From a virus (Duplodnaviria; Caudoviricetes), in the IMG/VR virus record IMGVR_UViG_3300040856_002372, positions 1 through 26,766 of that record: a DNA stretch of 26,766 bases, one strand, 5' to 3'. Positions 7,640 through 15,047 of this stretch are shown here, one piece after another. Every line of letters begins with the position of its first letter. Position 1 is the first letter of the stretch. The notes beneath the pieces are model-generated. The model saw only the letters and a list, made by a program, of their open reading frames with translations. It had not been told where the DNA came from and did not search any database. The translations under genes and the position numbers were made by a program.

Positions 7640-8305
7640 ATGAACCTAGCACAATCTTTCATCCCCGGCGCTCTCCAAATGCTTTGCACTGGCAAGTCCG
7701 GCACCTACACCACCAACCTGTCCAACTACATCGCAGGCTTCACCGACGCTGATACTCCAATCGACGTGGCATACGCCAAAGCCGCATTCGAGTGCAACGG
7801 CGAGCGCGAGTCAGCTCCGTTCCCAACCTTCGGTGTTCTGGGTCACATGCAGACACTGATGGATCGCATCATGTGGAACGCACGCAAGCTTGACATCGCA
7901 TTCCAGCGAGCCGAGCAACAGGAGTTAGAGTCAGGTGGCATCTACGGCCTCGACCTTGCACAGACTGCAATGGATGAAGTCAACGTCCACGACATCGCCC
8001 GCGACCGCATCAAGGACGCTGTTCAGTCTGACTACGAGCTGTTGTTCACCACGCAGACTCTGATCATGGCTGAGCTTGGCATCGACGGCGAGACATTCGA
8101 CATCGATCTGCTGTTCTTCAACCCGTCTACCTACGACGAGCAGTCAGATTCGTGGGTCAAGCCGTCACCAGCTTCCAGCTACGACGAAGCCTTCCGCATC
8201 ATGCAGGAGACAGTCGACGAGCTCAAAGCTAAGGAGACCAAGACGGCTCTCGCAGGCTTCATGGCCAACCGAGCGGCGGCACTTGAAGCACGACTCGCCG
8301 CATAA
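7640..8305 (+). CDS. Hypothetical protein (221 aa), apparently its own transcription unit
   Basis: TAAGGA RBS before ATG 7640; operator and possible promoter upstream, strong terminator downstream. Confidence 0.8.
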   Translation: MNLAQSFIPGALQMLCTGKSGTYTTNLSNYIAGFTDADTPIDVAYAKAAFECNGERESAPFPTFGVLGHMQTLMDRIMWNARKLDIAFQRAEQQELESGGIYGLDLAQTAMDEVNVHDIARDRIKDAVQSDYELLFTTQTLIMAELGIDGETFDIDLLFFNPSTYDEQSDSWVKPSPASSYDEAFRIMQETVDELKAKETKTALAGFMANRAAALEARLAA

Positions 8306-8317
8306 GCGTTACTCCAC

Positions 8318-8352
8318 CCCGGTGCCACTCGTTGGCATCGGGTTTTTTTTTT
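8318..8352 (+). terminator. Rho-independent terminator
   Basis: Stem CCCGGTGCCA / TGGCATCGGG (one G-U pair) followed by T10. Confidence 0.9.
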
Positions 8353-8377
8353 CAGGCCACCAGGGGATCAGCGTGCC

Positions 8378-8581
8378 ATGAACCATGTATCACCAATCGA
8401 AATCATGTTGTCTGCAGTCGAGGCCAACGACCGTGTCTTCTGGTTCACAAGTGAGGAACAAGCGCGTCAGTTCTGCCGAGACCGATGGGATAAAGAGACT
8501 GACGGCGTGCCCTTCATCAAGCACTACACAGTCCGCAGCCAGGAGGAGCTGGTTGCTTTGCTTAACGAACGTGCCAGCTAG
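8378..8581 (+). CDS. Hypothetical protein
   Basis: AGGGGA RBS; fits the tiling of plus-strand ORFs. Confidence 0.65.
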   Translation: MNHVSPIEIMLSAVEANDRVFWFTSEEQARQFCRDRWDKETDGVPFIKHYTVRSQEELVALLNERAS

Positions 8582-8615
8582 CCCACCACTACGCATAAAC
8601 CATGGAGCATGAAGC

Positions 8616-8879
8616 ATGAATTACTACCGGTTTCACGGCCAATTTATTACCGACAAATTCATAGACGTGATTGCTGACAACTATGACGAAGCGTTTCGTA
8701 TTGCTGAAAAACACATGCACGAAGCCGTAGACGAACTATTGATATCAGATCGCGGATTAGATTTTTACAGTCCAGATATCACTGTTACTAACACAGAAGA
8801 CAACAAACAACCCAGCACCGAATACCCTATCAAAGTTGTATCTGACTGGGCTTTTACTTCAGAGGATTATCCAGCATGA
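8616..8879 (+). CDS. Hypothetical protein
   Basis: GGAG RBS inside a heptamer tract; ATGA coupling to the next gene. Confidence 0.7.
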   Translation: MNYYRFHGQFITDKFIDVIADNYDEAFRIAEKHMHEAVDELLISDRGLDFYSPDITVTNTEDNKQPSTEYPIKVVSDWAFTSEDYPA

Positions 8880-9112
8880 GCGATGAAAACCATTACAAAC
8901 ACGTTTACGTCAAGGTCGGTTTGATCGTGCCTGACAACGATCTCGCCATTGACTACGCCACTGATTACATCGGTGAAATAGTCAGCGAAGAACACTGGCA
9001 GCTCACAGACTCTGTTTACAACCAGCTTGAAATACGCGACGCCTTCGATAAGACCTTCTTAGACGTGCCCGCATTTGTTTACGACTTTTTGGAAGACGAA
9101 ACAGCACCATGA
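8876..9112 (+). CDS. Hypothetical acidic protein
   Basis: GAGGA RBS; ATGA overlaps at both ends. Confidence 0.7.
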   Translation: MSDENHYKHVYVKVGLIVPDNDLAIDYATDYIGEIVSEEHWQLTDSVYNQLEIRDAFDKTFLDVPAFVYDFLEDETAP

Positions 9113-9369
9113 GCCAAGAAGACTTTCCATACAACGAGATCCGTGCGGAGGGCGGTGATCTGTTCACAACCATCCATGCCGCAAGAGAAGCAGGCTTTGA
9201 TGATAACCAGATCTGGTCCGTCGTCGACGCTGACTCAGATGACCCTGCTGTACACAGCACTTGGGTGTATGGCCCGCCCCGCCACTACGTGAACCTGCTC
9301 GGTTATGTATGTACCCGAGAAAGACACGACGACAACACTTACTACGAGGAGGTGTTTTACCGTGACTGA
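9109..9369 (+). CDS. Hypothetical protein
   Basis: ATGA overlap; protein-like sequence (QIWSVVD...HYVNLLGY). Confidence 0.7.
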   Translation: MSQEDFPYNEIRAEGGDLFTTIHAAREAGFDDNQIWSVVDADSDDPAVHSTWVYGPPRHYVNLLGYVCTRERHDDNTYYEEVFYRD

Positions 9370-9610
9370 AAATGACTTAAATGTGTTCCAGGCCCACAAC
9401 ATCGTGCACCAAGCACTCAACGCTGCTGATGTGCCCGATGACGTAATTAACGCCTGGTTTTTAATCTCAGACACACTGTTCCCACATGGGTATAAAGGGT
9501 ATGACGATGACTTTGTCATAACCTTTGAGCCAGATGCCATCGTGTATGACGTAATGGAAGAAGCTCAAAATACTAAACCTGTGCTTACTATCGTTCCAGA
9601 GGTCAAATAA
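9362..9610 (+). CDS. Hypothetical protein
   Basis: GTG start at 9362 after GAGGAGG; TAATG coupling to the next gene. Confidence 0.65.
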   Translation: MTENDLNVFQAHNIVHQALNAADVPDDVINAWFLISDTLFPHGYKGYDDDFVITFEPDAIVYDVMEEAQNTKPVLTIVPEVK

Positions 9611-9912
9611 TGGACCTGCAAGAGCGGATATTGCACAACAGTCTTTACTTAAGTGGCGACGAATTTGATGTCACCGCACTAGCTCAGCGCCTTGGTACAT
9701 CCCAACGGAAAATACACGACGCATGTGTACAGTTATGCGACACACGGCGCTTAATCAAACATCAACACCCAAGCAAAGCCATAAAATACTCGAGACCCGT
9801 CTTCAATAAATGGCTTTGTGAACCATGGATCAAGTACCGCCCACCATGTCCCACGCCTGAAGAACTAACACCAAGTACTGCATTCATCTACGGAGGACCT
9901 ATACATGACTGA
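9610..9912 (+). CDS. Putative winged-HTH DNA-binding protein
   Basis: FDVTALAQRLGTSQRKIHDACVQL...RLIK resembles an HTH plus wing. Confidence 0.5.
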   Translation: MDLQERILHNSLYLSGDEFDVTALAQRLGTSQRKIHDACVQLCDTRRLIKHQHPSKAIKYSRPVFNKWLCEPWIKYRPPCPTPEELTPSTAFIYGGPIHD

Positions 9913-10093
9913 CAACCTCAAGCACGACCCATGGACCAAGCTAACAGACATGGCGGCAGCACATGTAGAAGTGTGCATTCGAAGTGAAAACCGCAAGGCT
10001 GTTGAAAAGTTCATTAACGATCTGTGCAACAACACCAAGCAGAAGCGAGATGTCCTGGTGGACTTTCTCTGCACTAAACCAATAAAGGAGTGA
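9905..10093 (+). CDS. Hypothetical protein
   Basis: GGAGGA RBS. Confidence 0.65.
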   Translation: MTDNLKHDPWTKLTDMAAAHVEVCIRSENRKAVEKFINDLCNNTKQKRDVLVDFLCTKPIKE

Positions 10094-10096
10094 CTT

Positions 10097-10402
10097 ATGA
10101 TATTAGCTGGACTAATCGCAGCAGCAGGATTGCTGTTCCTTCTCTTCAAATTCGGCATGCGCCGCGTCATTAACTACGACATCTACGTGGATCTGTTTGT
10201 CACCACCCTGCTTATGTTCCTACTTGCGGGCACATTCAGCGGCATGATGGCAGCACTCTTCGCTGGCTTGGTTGTGTCTGTCTTGCTGTTTCTCATGAAG
10301 CGCACCATGCGTCATGAGTCATTCGGCATGATCAAGACCGACAAGTTTCCGTACCGCAAGCTAGGTTGGCGCGTGCATGAGCCACAAGGCGTGGCGTCGT
10401 GA
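10097..10402 (+). CDS. Small multi-TM membrane protein
   Basis: AAGGAG RBS; three hydrophobic segments. Confidence 0.75.
   Translation: MILAGLIAAAGLLFLLFKFGMRRVINYDIYVDLFVTTLLMFLLAGTFSGMMAALFAGLVVSVLLFLMKRTMRHESFGMIKTDKFPYRKLGWRVHEPQGVAS
10102..10116. promoter_or_regulatory. Palindromic operator copy 3 (ATTAGCTGGACTAAT)
   Basis: Exact ATTAG-N5-CTAAT just after the start codon at 10097. Confidence 0.7.
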
Positions 10403-10677
10403 CTAACGACATTGCCAAACAACTGCTCCAACAAATCAAAGAAATCAACGAGGCATATGCTATGCACTTAGATCTATCCGAAGGTCGCATGCCGTGCTCC
10501 ATCACGGACGACCCACTTAATGACTACTCTCACTGGCACGACAAGACCGGCCCGTATGCGGAGCGTGAAGAGGAAGATTGCTTCGACGCTTACCGCGAGC
10601 AACGTGAGCGTAGCCAACGCCCAGAGCATGACCCTAACGAACCTAACAACTACGAGAGCAAAAGCCATGGCTATTGA
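10399..10677 (+). CDS. Hypothetical protein
   Basis: GTGA overlap with the previous stop. Confidence 0.55.
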   Translation: MTNDIAKQLLQQIKEINEAYAMHLDLSEGRMPCSITDDPLNDYSHWHDKTGPYAEREEEDCFDAYREQRERSQRPEHDPNEPNNYESKSHGY

Positions 10678-10936
10678 TAACGATACATACAACGAAATAT
10701 CTAGCAAGCTTGTTTCTGCCATCGACCAAATTTGGAAAGAGCGCAACGCAGAAGACATAGGCCCGGTAATCGCATCTGCGTTTTGTCGCATGGGGGCATC
10801 CATGTTCTTTTACTGCAGCGAAGACAAGACCGCAGCAGCAATTGCTACGCTCGAAGCTACAGCAGCTGGTATCGAAGAAGCCATGAGACACAAAGAAGCA
10901 GACATGCATCAAGCAGCATCTGCCACGTTGCAATGA
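10667..10936 (+). CDS. Hypothetical protein
   Basis: Internal ATG (MAIDNDTYNE...) of ORF 10520-10936 fits the gene tiling. Confidence 0.6.
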   Translation: MAIDNDTYNEISSKLVSAIDQIWKERNAEDIGPVIASAFCRMGASMFFYCSEDKTAAAIATLEATAAGIEEAMRHKEADMHQAASATLQ

Positions 10937-11008
10937 GCGAACAGTACTGGGCGCTGCTGTTAGTCGTGCTTATCTACTTTTCACTTCTAATTTACGAAGG
11001 AGTCGAAC

Positions 11009-11209
11009 ATGTCTTCAGTTGATCTCCAGTCTCACGCTTGCAGACAAGACCCAGATGTCGACTACAGCTGGGAAAAATACGACGCCCGTGGCATTTACCT
11101 GTGCCGTGTCTGCGAAAAGTGCGAAGAAGCAAAGCTGTCAATGTACCGACAGGACGTTCTTACTAACTCTAATTACGAGGCCGATGAGCCTATCGAGGAA
11201 ACCTACTAA
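11009..11209 (+). CDS. Small Cys-rich hypothetical protein
   Basis: AAGGAG RBS; YDARGIYLCRVCEKCE. Confidence 0.7.
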   Translation: MSSVDLQSHACRQDPDVDYSWEKYDARGIYLCRVCEKCEEAKLSMYRQDVLTNSNYEADEPIEETY

Positions 11210-11397
11210 TGGGTCACCCATATCACTATACCGTCAGATGCGAATGGTGCGAAGGCGTTGTTGACGACAACGGTTCTGACTACCGAAACGATGATGATGG
11301 TCATATTTACCACTTTGATTGCTTCTCAGAAATGGAAGCAGAACTGCGTGCCGAGCAATACGCAAAGCATGCACCAGACAACATGGAGGTCGCATGA
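11209..11397 (+). CDS. Small Zn-finger-like protein
   Basis: CxxC...HxxC (CEWC, HFDC); TAATG coupling. Confidence 0.65.
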   Translation: MGHPYHYTVRCEWCEGVVDDNGSDYRNDDDGHIYHFDCFSEMEAELRAEQYAKHAPDNMEVA

Positions 11398-11543
11398 ATG
11401 ATTACATCGTTACTTGGCGAATTGAGCTTACAGCAAATTCAAAACAAGAAGCTGCTGAATTAGCACGAGAAATCCAGCTAGACCCAAACAGCAAAGCACT
11501 TGTTTTTGAGGTTGCAGAAGATATTGATCTGGAGGTCGCATGA
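11394..11543 (+). CDS. Hypothetical protein (49 aa)
   Basis: GGAGGT RBS; ATGA overlap; MNDYIVTWRIELTANSKQEAAELAREIQ. Confidence 0.65.
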   Translation: MNDYIVTWRIELTANSKQEAAELAREIQLDPNSKALVFEVAEDIDLEVA

Positions 11544-11734
11544 TCAAAACCCGACAAGAAGCAATCCTCTGGTGTTTAAAACATCTCCAACATCACTTAC
11601 TTCATACAGCCACGGACCATGAACCACGCCCTTTTATTCAGGTAGATCCTGCCGAGCTCACGCAGCTTCTGTCTTACCTATCAACCGAGCAATTCTCAAG
11701 AGGAGACACCTATGAGAACAATTCGCCCAGCTGA
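11540..11734 (+). CDS. Hypothetical protein
   Basis: GGAGGT RBS; ATGA overlap. Confidence 0.6.
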   Translation: MIKTRQEAILWCLKHLQHHLLHTATDHEPRPFIQVDPAELTQLLSYLSTEQFSRGDTYENNSPS

Positions 11735-12713
11735 TCTTGCTAAGCAAGCAGAGAAAGCTGCCAAGTCAGGCCAAGGCATCATGATCTGGGGTGCGCCAGG
11801 AATCGGTAAATCCGAGATCGTGTATCAACTTGGTGACACGCTCAACGCAAAAGTCTTTGAGATCCGTGCCAACCTGTTCGACCCAGTCGACGTTCGCGGT
11901 GGTCTCAAAGTCGTTGAGCAAATGGACGGCACATACCGCACTCGGTACGGCGTGCCCGAAGATTACCCAGACACAAACTACCAAGGCACTGTCTTGTTGT
12001 TTATCGACGACCTCACCCATGCACCAAAAGCAACACAGAATGCGCTGCTGCAACTGTTGTTGTGTCGCCGCATTGGTACATACGAACTGCCACCCAACAC
12101 AATCATCGTAGCAGCAGGTAACCGCAGCTTTGACCGTGCTGGTGCAGTAGAGATGACAACTGCAGTTAAGAGCAGATTCCGTCACTACGTCATGGAAGCG
12201 CACATTGACGACTTCTGTGCTCATGCACACAGAGTTGCTATGGACCCATCAATCCCTGCGTTCCTACGTTACAGACCCAATCTGCTCCACGACATCGACG
12301 CTGCTGCTTACGCGTTTCCTACTCCGCGTACCTGGTCTTTTGTCAATGATGCACTGCCATTCATGGATGATGATGGTTTCTATGACATTGCGTCATGTGT
12401 AGGTGACGGTGCTGCAGGCGAGTATCTGTCATTCCGCAAGATCTACCACGAGCTGCCCGACATTGATCAGATCGTTCGCAGCCCTGGCAGCGTCCGCGTA
12501 CCTGATTCACCAAGCACGCTGTACGCCGTCGCAGGTGCTTTGTCAGCTCGGGCAAACCAGCAAGACATCAAGCCGATCATGACCTACCTGCGTCGTCTGC
12601 CTGCTGAGTATCAAGTAGTTGCAGTCAAAGACATCCTGGGTAAAGACCGGTCGCTTGCTGTCGAACCATCAGTACAGCAATACATAACAGACAACGCATC
12701 AGTAATCTTCTAA
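11712..12713 (+). CDS. AAA+ ATPase (MoxR/AAA_5-like)
   Basis: Walker A WGAPGIGKS, Walker B LLFIDD, sensor VAAGNR, Arg finger SRF, sensor II TPRTW; GAGGAG RBS; neighbours a VWA gene. Confidence 0.9.
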   Translation: MRTIRPADLAKQAEKAAKSGQGIMIWGAPGIGKSEIVYQLGDTLNAKVFEIRANLFDPVDVRGGLKVVEQMDGTYRTRYGVPEDYPDTNYQGTVLLFIDDLTHAPKATQNALLQLLLCRRIGTYELPPNTIIVAAGNRSFDRAGAVEMTTAVKSRFRHYVMEAHIDDFCAHAHRVAMDPSIPAFLRYRPNLLHDIDAAAYAFPTPRTWSFVNDALPFMDDDGFYDIASCVGDGAAGEYLSFRKIYHELPDIDQIVRSPGSVRVPDSPSTLYAVAGALSARANQQDIKPIMTYLRRLPAEYQVVAVKDILGKDRSLAVEPSVQQYITDNASVIF

Positions 12714-12723
12714 GGAGATAAAC

Positions 12724-13377
12724 ATGGCATCAGTAAGACTTGGTAGAGATACACGTAGACAAATTCATAGAGCTGCTATGAAAGCCTACGACATTGCAGT
12801 AACCGAGCCTAAACTTGACAACGACACTATTGAAACTGTGTGGCGAGGCGTTATTGAACACCCATCCCACATAGCTTTTTCTAATTTTGTTACTGCACAC
12901 CGTGCAGAGTTTAATGACCTCTGTGAAACTAATTTTACACCACGCAAATCAGACATAGTGACTCTTCGTTGGGGCGAACGCCAATCCGAAGAATTTGATC
13001 TTCCAACAGAAAGGGAATCATGGCTTAGGCGTGGTTATTACAATCACGAAGTCTTTATCAAAGACTTGCATCTATCCGAAGTTGATCGTCTTCTTATTAC
13101 AGACAAAATCACAGACCTAGCAGAGCGTCGTAAACAAGCCCGAGACAACAGGCACAACTACGACAAGCAAGTTACTGCATTGTTAGAAAGTTGTAATACG
13201 CTCAAGCAGTTACTTGACGCGCAACCGTCAATGAAAGAGTTTGTGCCTGACGAAATGCTTCGTGAGCTGCACAAGAAAGTCACTCGCGAATCACAAGCTC
13301 GCGAGCGTCGTGAGATCGCACAAGTTGACGGCGATCTCATTAACCGAGTTGTACTCACATCCAAACTGGTAGCTTAA
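12724..13377 (+). CDS. Nmad5-like (nucleotide modification associated domain 5) protein, tentative
   Basis: N-terminal VRLGRDTRRQI and C-terminal ALLESCNTLKQLLDAQPSMKEFVP match my recollection of the Nmad5 pattern (L.s..T.k.Lle.wP....lP); TAAGGAG RBS. Confidence 0.5.
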   Translation: MASVRLGRDTRRQIHRAAMKAYDIAVTEPKLDNDTIETVWRGVIEHPSHIAFSNFVTAHRAEFNDLCETNFTPRKSDIVTLRWGERQSEEFDLPTERESWLRRGYYNHEVFIKDLHLSEVDRLLITDKITDLAERRKQARDNRHNYDKQVTALLESCNTLKQLLDAQPSMKEFVPDEMLRELHKKVTRESQARERREIAQVDGDLINRVVLTSKLVA

Positions 13378-13379
13378 CC

Positions 13380-14498
13380 ATGGACCATGAATCATCAACC
13401 ATGCGACGTGTTACATCGGCACGTTCGCAGCTTATTCTTAATGAGCCATTCTTTGGTGTATTAAGTCTCAAGCTCAAAGTACGTGAGCGTAATGACATTG
13501 ATACCGCCAGCACTGATGGTACTCATTTAGATTTCAACGCCAAGTTTTTAAACAAGCTGACAGACATGGAGTTGCAGGGCCTTATTGCACATGAGGTCAT
13601 GCACTGTGTCAGTCATCACATGACACGGCGGCAAGAACGTGAGCCCATGCAGTGGAACATTGCATGTGACCACGCTATCAACCTGTTTCTTTTGGACACA
13701 GGATTCATCCTGCCTGACGGTGGCGTGCACGATGAACAGTATCGTGACATGACAGCCGAAGCCATATACGAACACCTCGACGAGAACTCCCAGTCCTGTC
13801 CATGGGGTCTCGTCATGGACGCGGGTGAAGGCGCTATTGACGCAGATTCCAGCTCAGGACTCGAAGTATCGTGGGATCTGGCTGTGCAACAAGCAGCCGA
13901 AGTAGCCAAAGCAGCAGGCAAGTTACCCGGAGGTATAGATCGCCTCATCGACCACCTGCAAAAAGCTCAAATCGACTTCCGTCAACACCTGTGGCCATTC
14001 TTTACAGGCAACAGTAAGAACGACTTCACCTGGCGTCGGCCCCACCGTGCATACATCAGTGAAGACGAGTACTTTCCAAGCATGTACGACGAGGCTCCTG
14101 GCACATATGTTGTTGCTATGGACACATCGGGATCTACAAGCGACATGATTCACAAATTCCTTTCTGAGATTTGTGCTATCCACGAGGAGCTAAGACCCGA
14201 ACGTATGGTCTTCATTCAATGTGACACACAAGTCGATGAGGCACGCATTGTTGATGTAACCAGCGATGAAGAGCTGACCAGCGACATCCTCAATGTAGGC
14301 GGCGGAGGTGGCACACTGTTCCAGCCCATATTTGACTGGGTTGATGAAAACGACGTTGACCCCGAAGGAATGGTCTTTTTCACTGACTTGTGCCCGGCTG
14401 ACGATTACCCCTTTGAGCCAAACTACCCTGTGCTGTGGGTGTCCACCGAAGCTGATCAAGAAGCTCCGTGGGGGAAAACCACTTATTTGTTGCACTAA
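13380..14498 (+). CDS. DUF2201-type protein: HExxH metallopeptidase-like domain plus VWA domain
   Basis: TASTDG, IAHEVMH, WNIACDHAIN, W.RP.R, MIDAS DTSGS, GGGGTLF, FFTD, PVLW. Confidence 0.88.
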   Translation: MDHESSTMRRVTSARSQLILNEPFFGVLSLKLKVRERNDIDTASTDGTHLDFNAKFLNKLTDMELQGLIAHEVMHCVSHHMTRRQEREPMQWNIACDHAINLFLLDTGFILPDGGVHDEQYRDMTAEAIYEHLDENSQSCPWGLVMDAGEGAIDADSSSGLEVSWDLAVQQAAEVAKAAGKLPGGIDRLIDHLQKAQIDFRQHLWPFFTGNSKNDFTWRRPHRAYISEDEYFPSMYDEAPGTYVVAMDTSGSTSDMIHKFLSEICAIHEELRPERMVFIQCDTQVDEARIVDVTSDEELTSDILNVGGGGGTLFQPIFDWVDENDVDPEGMVFFTDLCPADDYPFEPNYPVLWVSTEADQEAPWGKTTYLLH

Positions 14499-14518
14499 AA
14501 CATTAGTAATACTAATAT
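14490..14518 (+). promoter_or_regulatory. sigma70-like promoter TTGCAC-N17-TAATAT overlapped by operator copy 4 (14502-14516, ATTAGTAATACTAAT)
   Basis: Exact 17-nt spacer; same operator/-10 register as at 4900-4928; heads the replication module. Confidence 0.7.
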
Positions 14519-14551
14519 CAAAGACCGCCCAGTAAATGACTTGCAAGCACG

Positions 14552-14863
14552 ATGCTAAACATAAACTTCAAAGAAGCACTCATCACCGTCATCGAGATCA
14601 ACAAAAAACACATATCGCCGCTGGACTGGGCACGCGTTTCACCAAACTTTCCTTACGGAAAGACAGCGTGGGTTGAGGTGCCTACAGAAGATGTTGATGC
14701 ACTGGGGGAGCTTGTAAAAGAAGGCGCGTCATTTGCTTACGCGTCACTTTTACAAAGCTGTGATCGCAACGATATCAAGTGGATTCATTTTTCAGATGAT
14801 TATCCACTGATTAAAGGGCTAAAGGTTTTTGAGAATGAGTGGGCCAAAGAGCCAACCAATTAA
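14552..14863 (+). CDS. Hypothetical protein
   Basis: ORF following the promoter; no strong RBS. Confidence 0.6.
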   Translation: MLNINFKEALITVIEINKKHISPLDWARVSPNFPYGKTAWVEVPTEDVDALGELVKEGASFAYASLLQSCDRNDIKWIHFSDDYPLIKGLKVFENEWAKEPTN

Positions 14864-15047
14864 GCAAAACATTCTGGACCGTATTCGCATAGAACAAGAA
14901 ACAAAAGAGTTCTTGGAGCGAGGCGGAAAAATACAACAGCTTCCAAAACACGCAAGCGCGTGGGACGAAGACGCGGTGGAATTTATACCCCGTAAGAAAA
15001 TGCGAGGACGCAAACGTGAGCAAGACGCTCCTGACATTGGACTTTGA
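14835..15047 (+). CDS. SutA-like RNA polymerase-binding-domain protein (putative)
   Basis: DRIRIEQETKEFLERGGKIQQLP resembles the conserved Pseudomonas SutA core (EEFLSRGGKVQEI). Confidence 0.6.
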   Translation: MSGPKSQPIKQNILDRIRIEQETKEFLERGGKIQQLPKHASAWDEDAVEFIPRKKMRGRKREQDAPDIGL

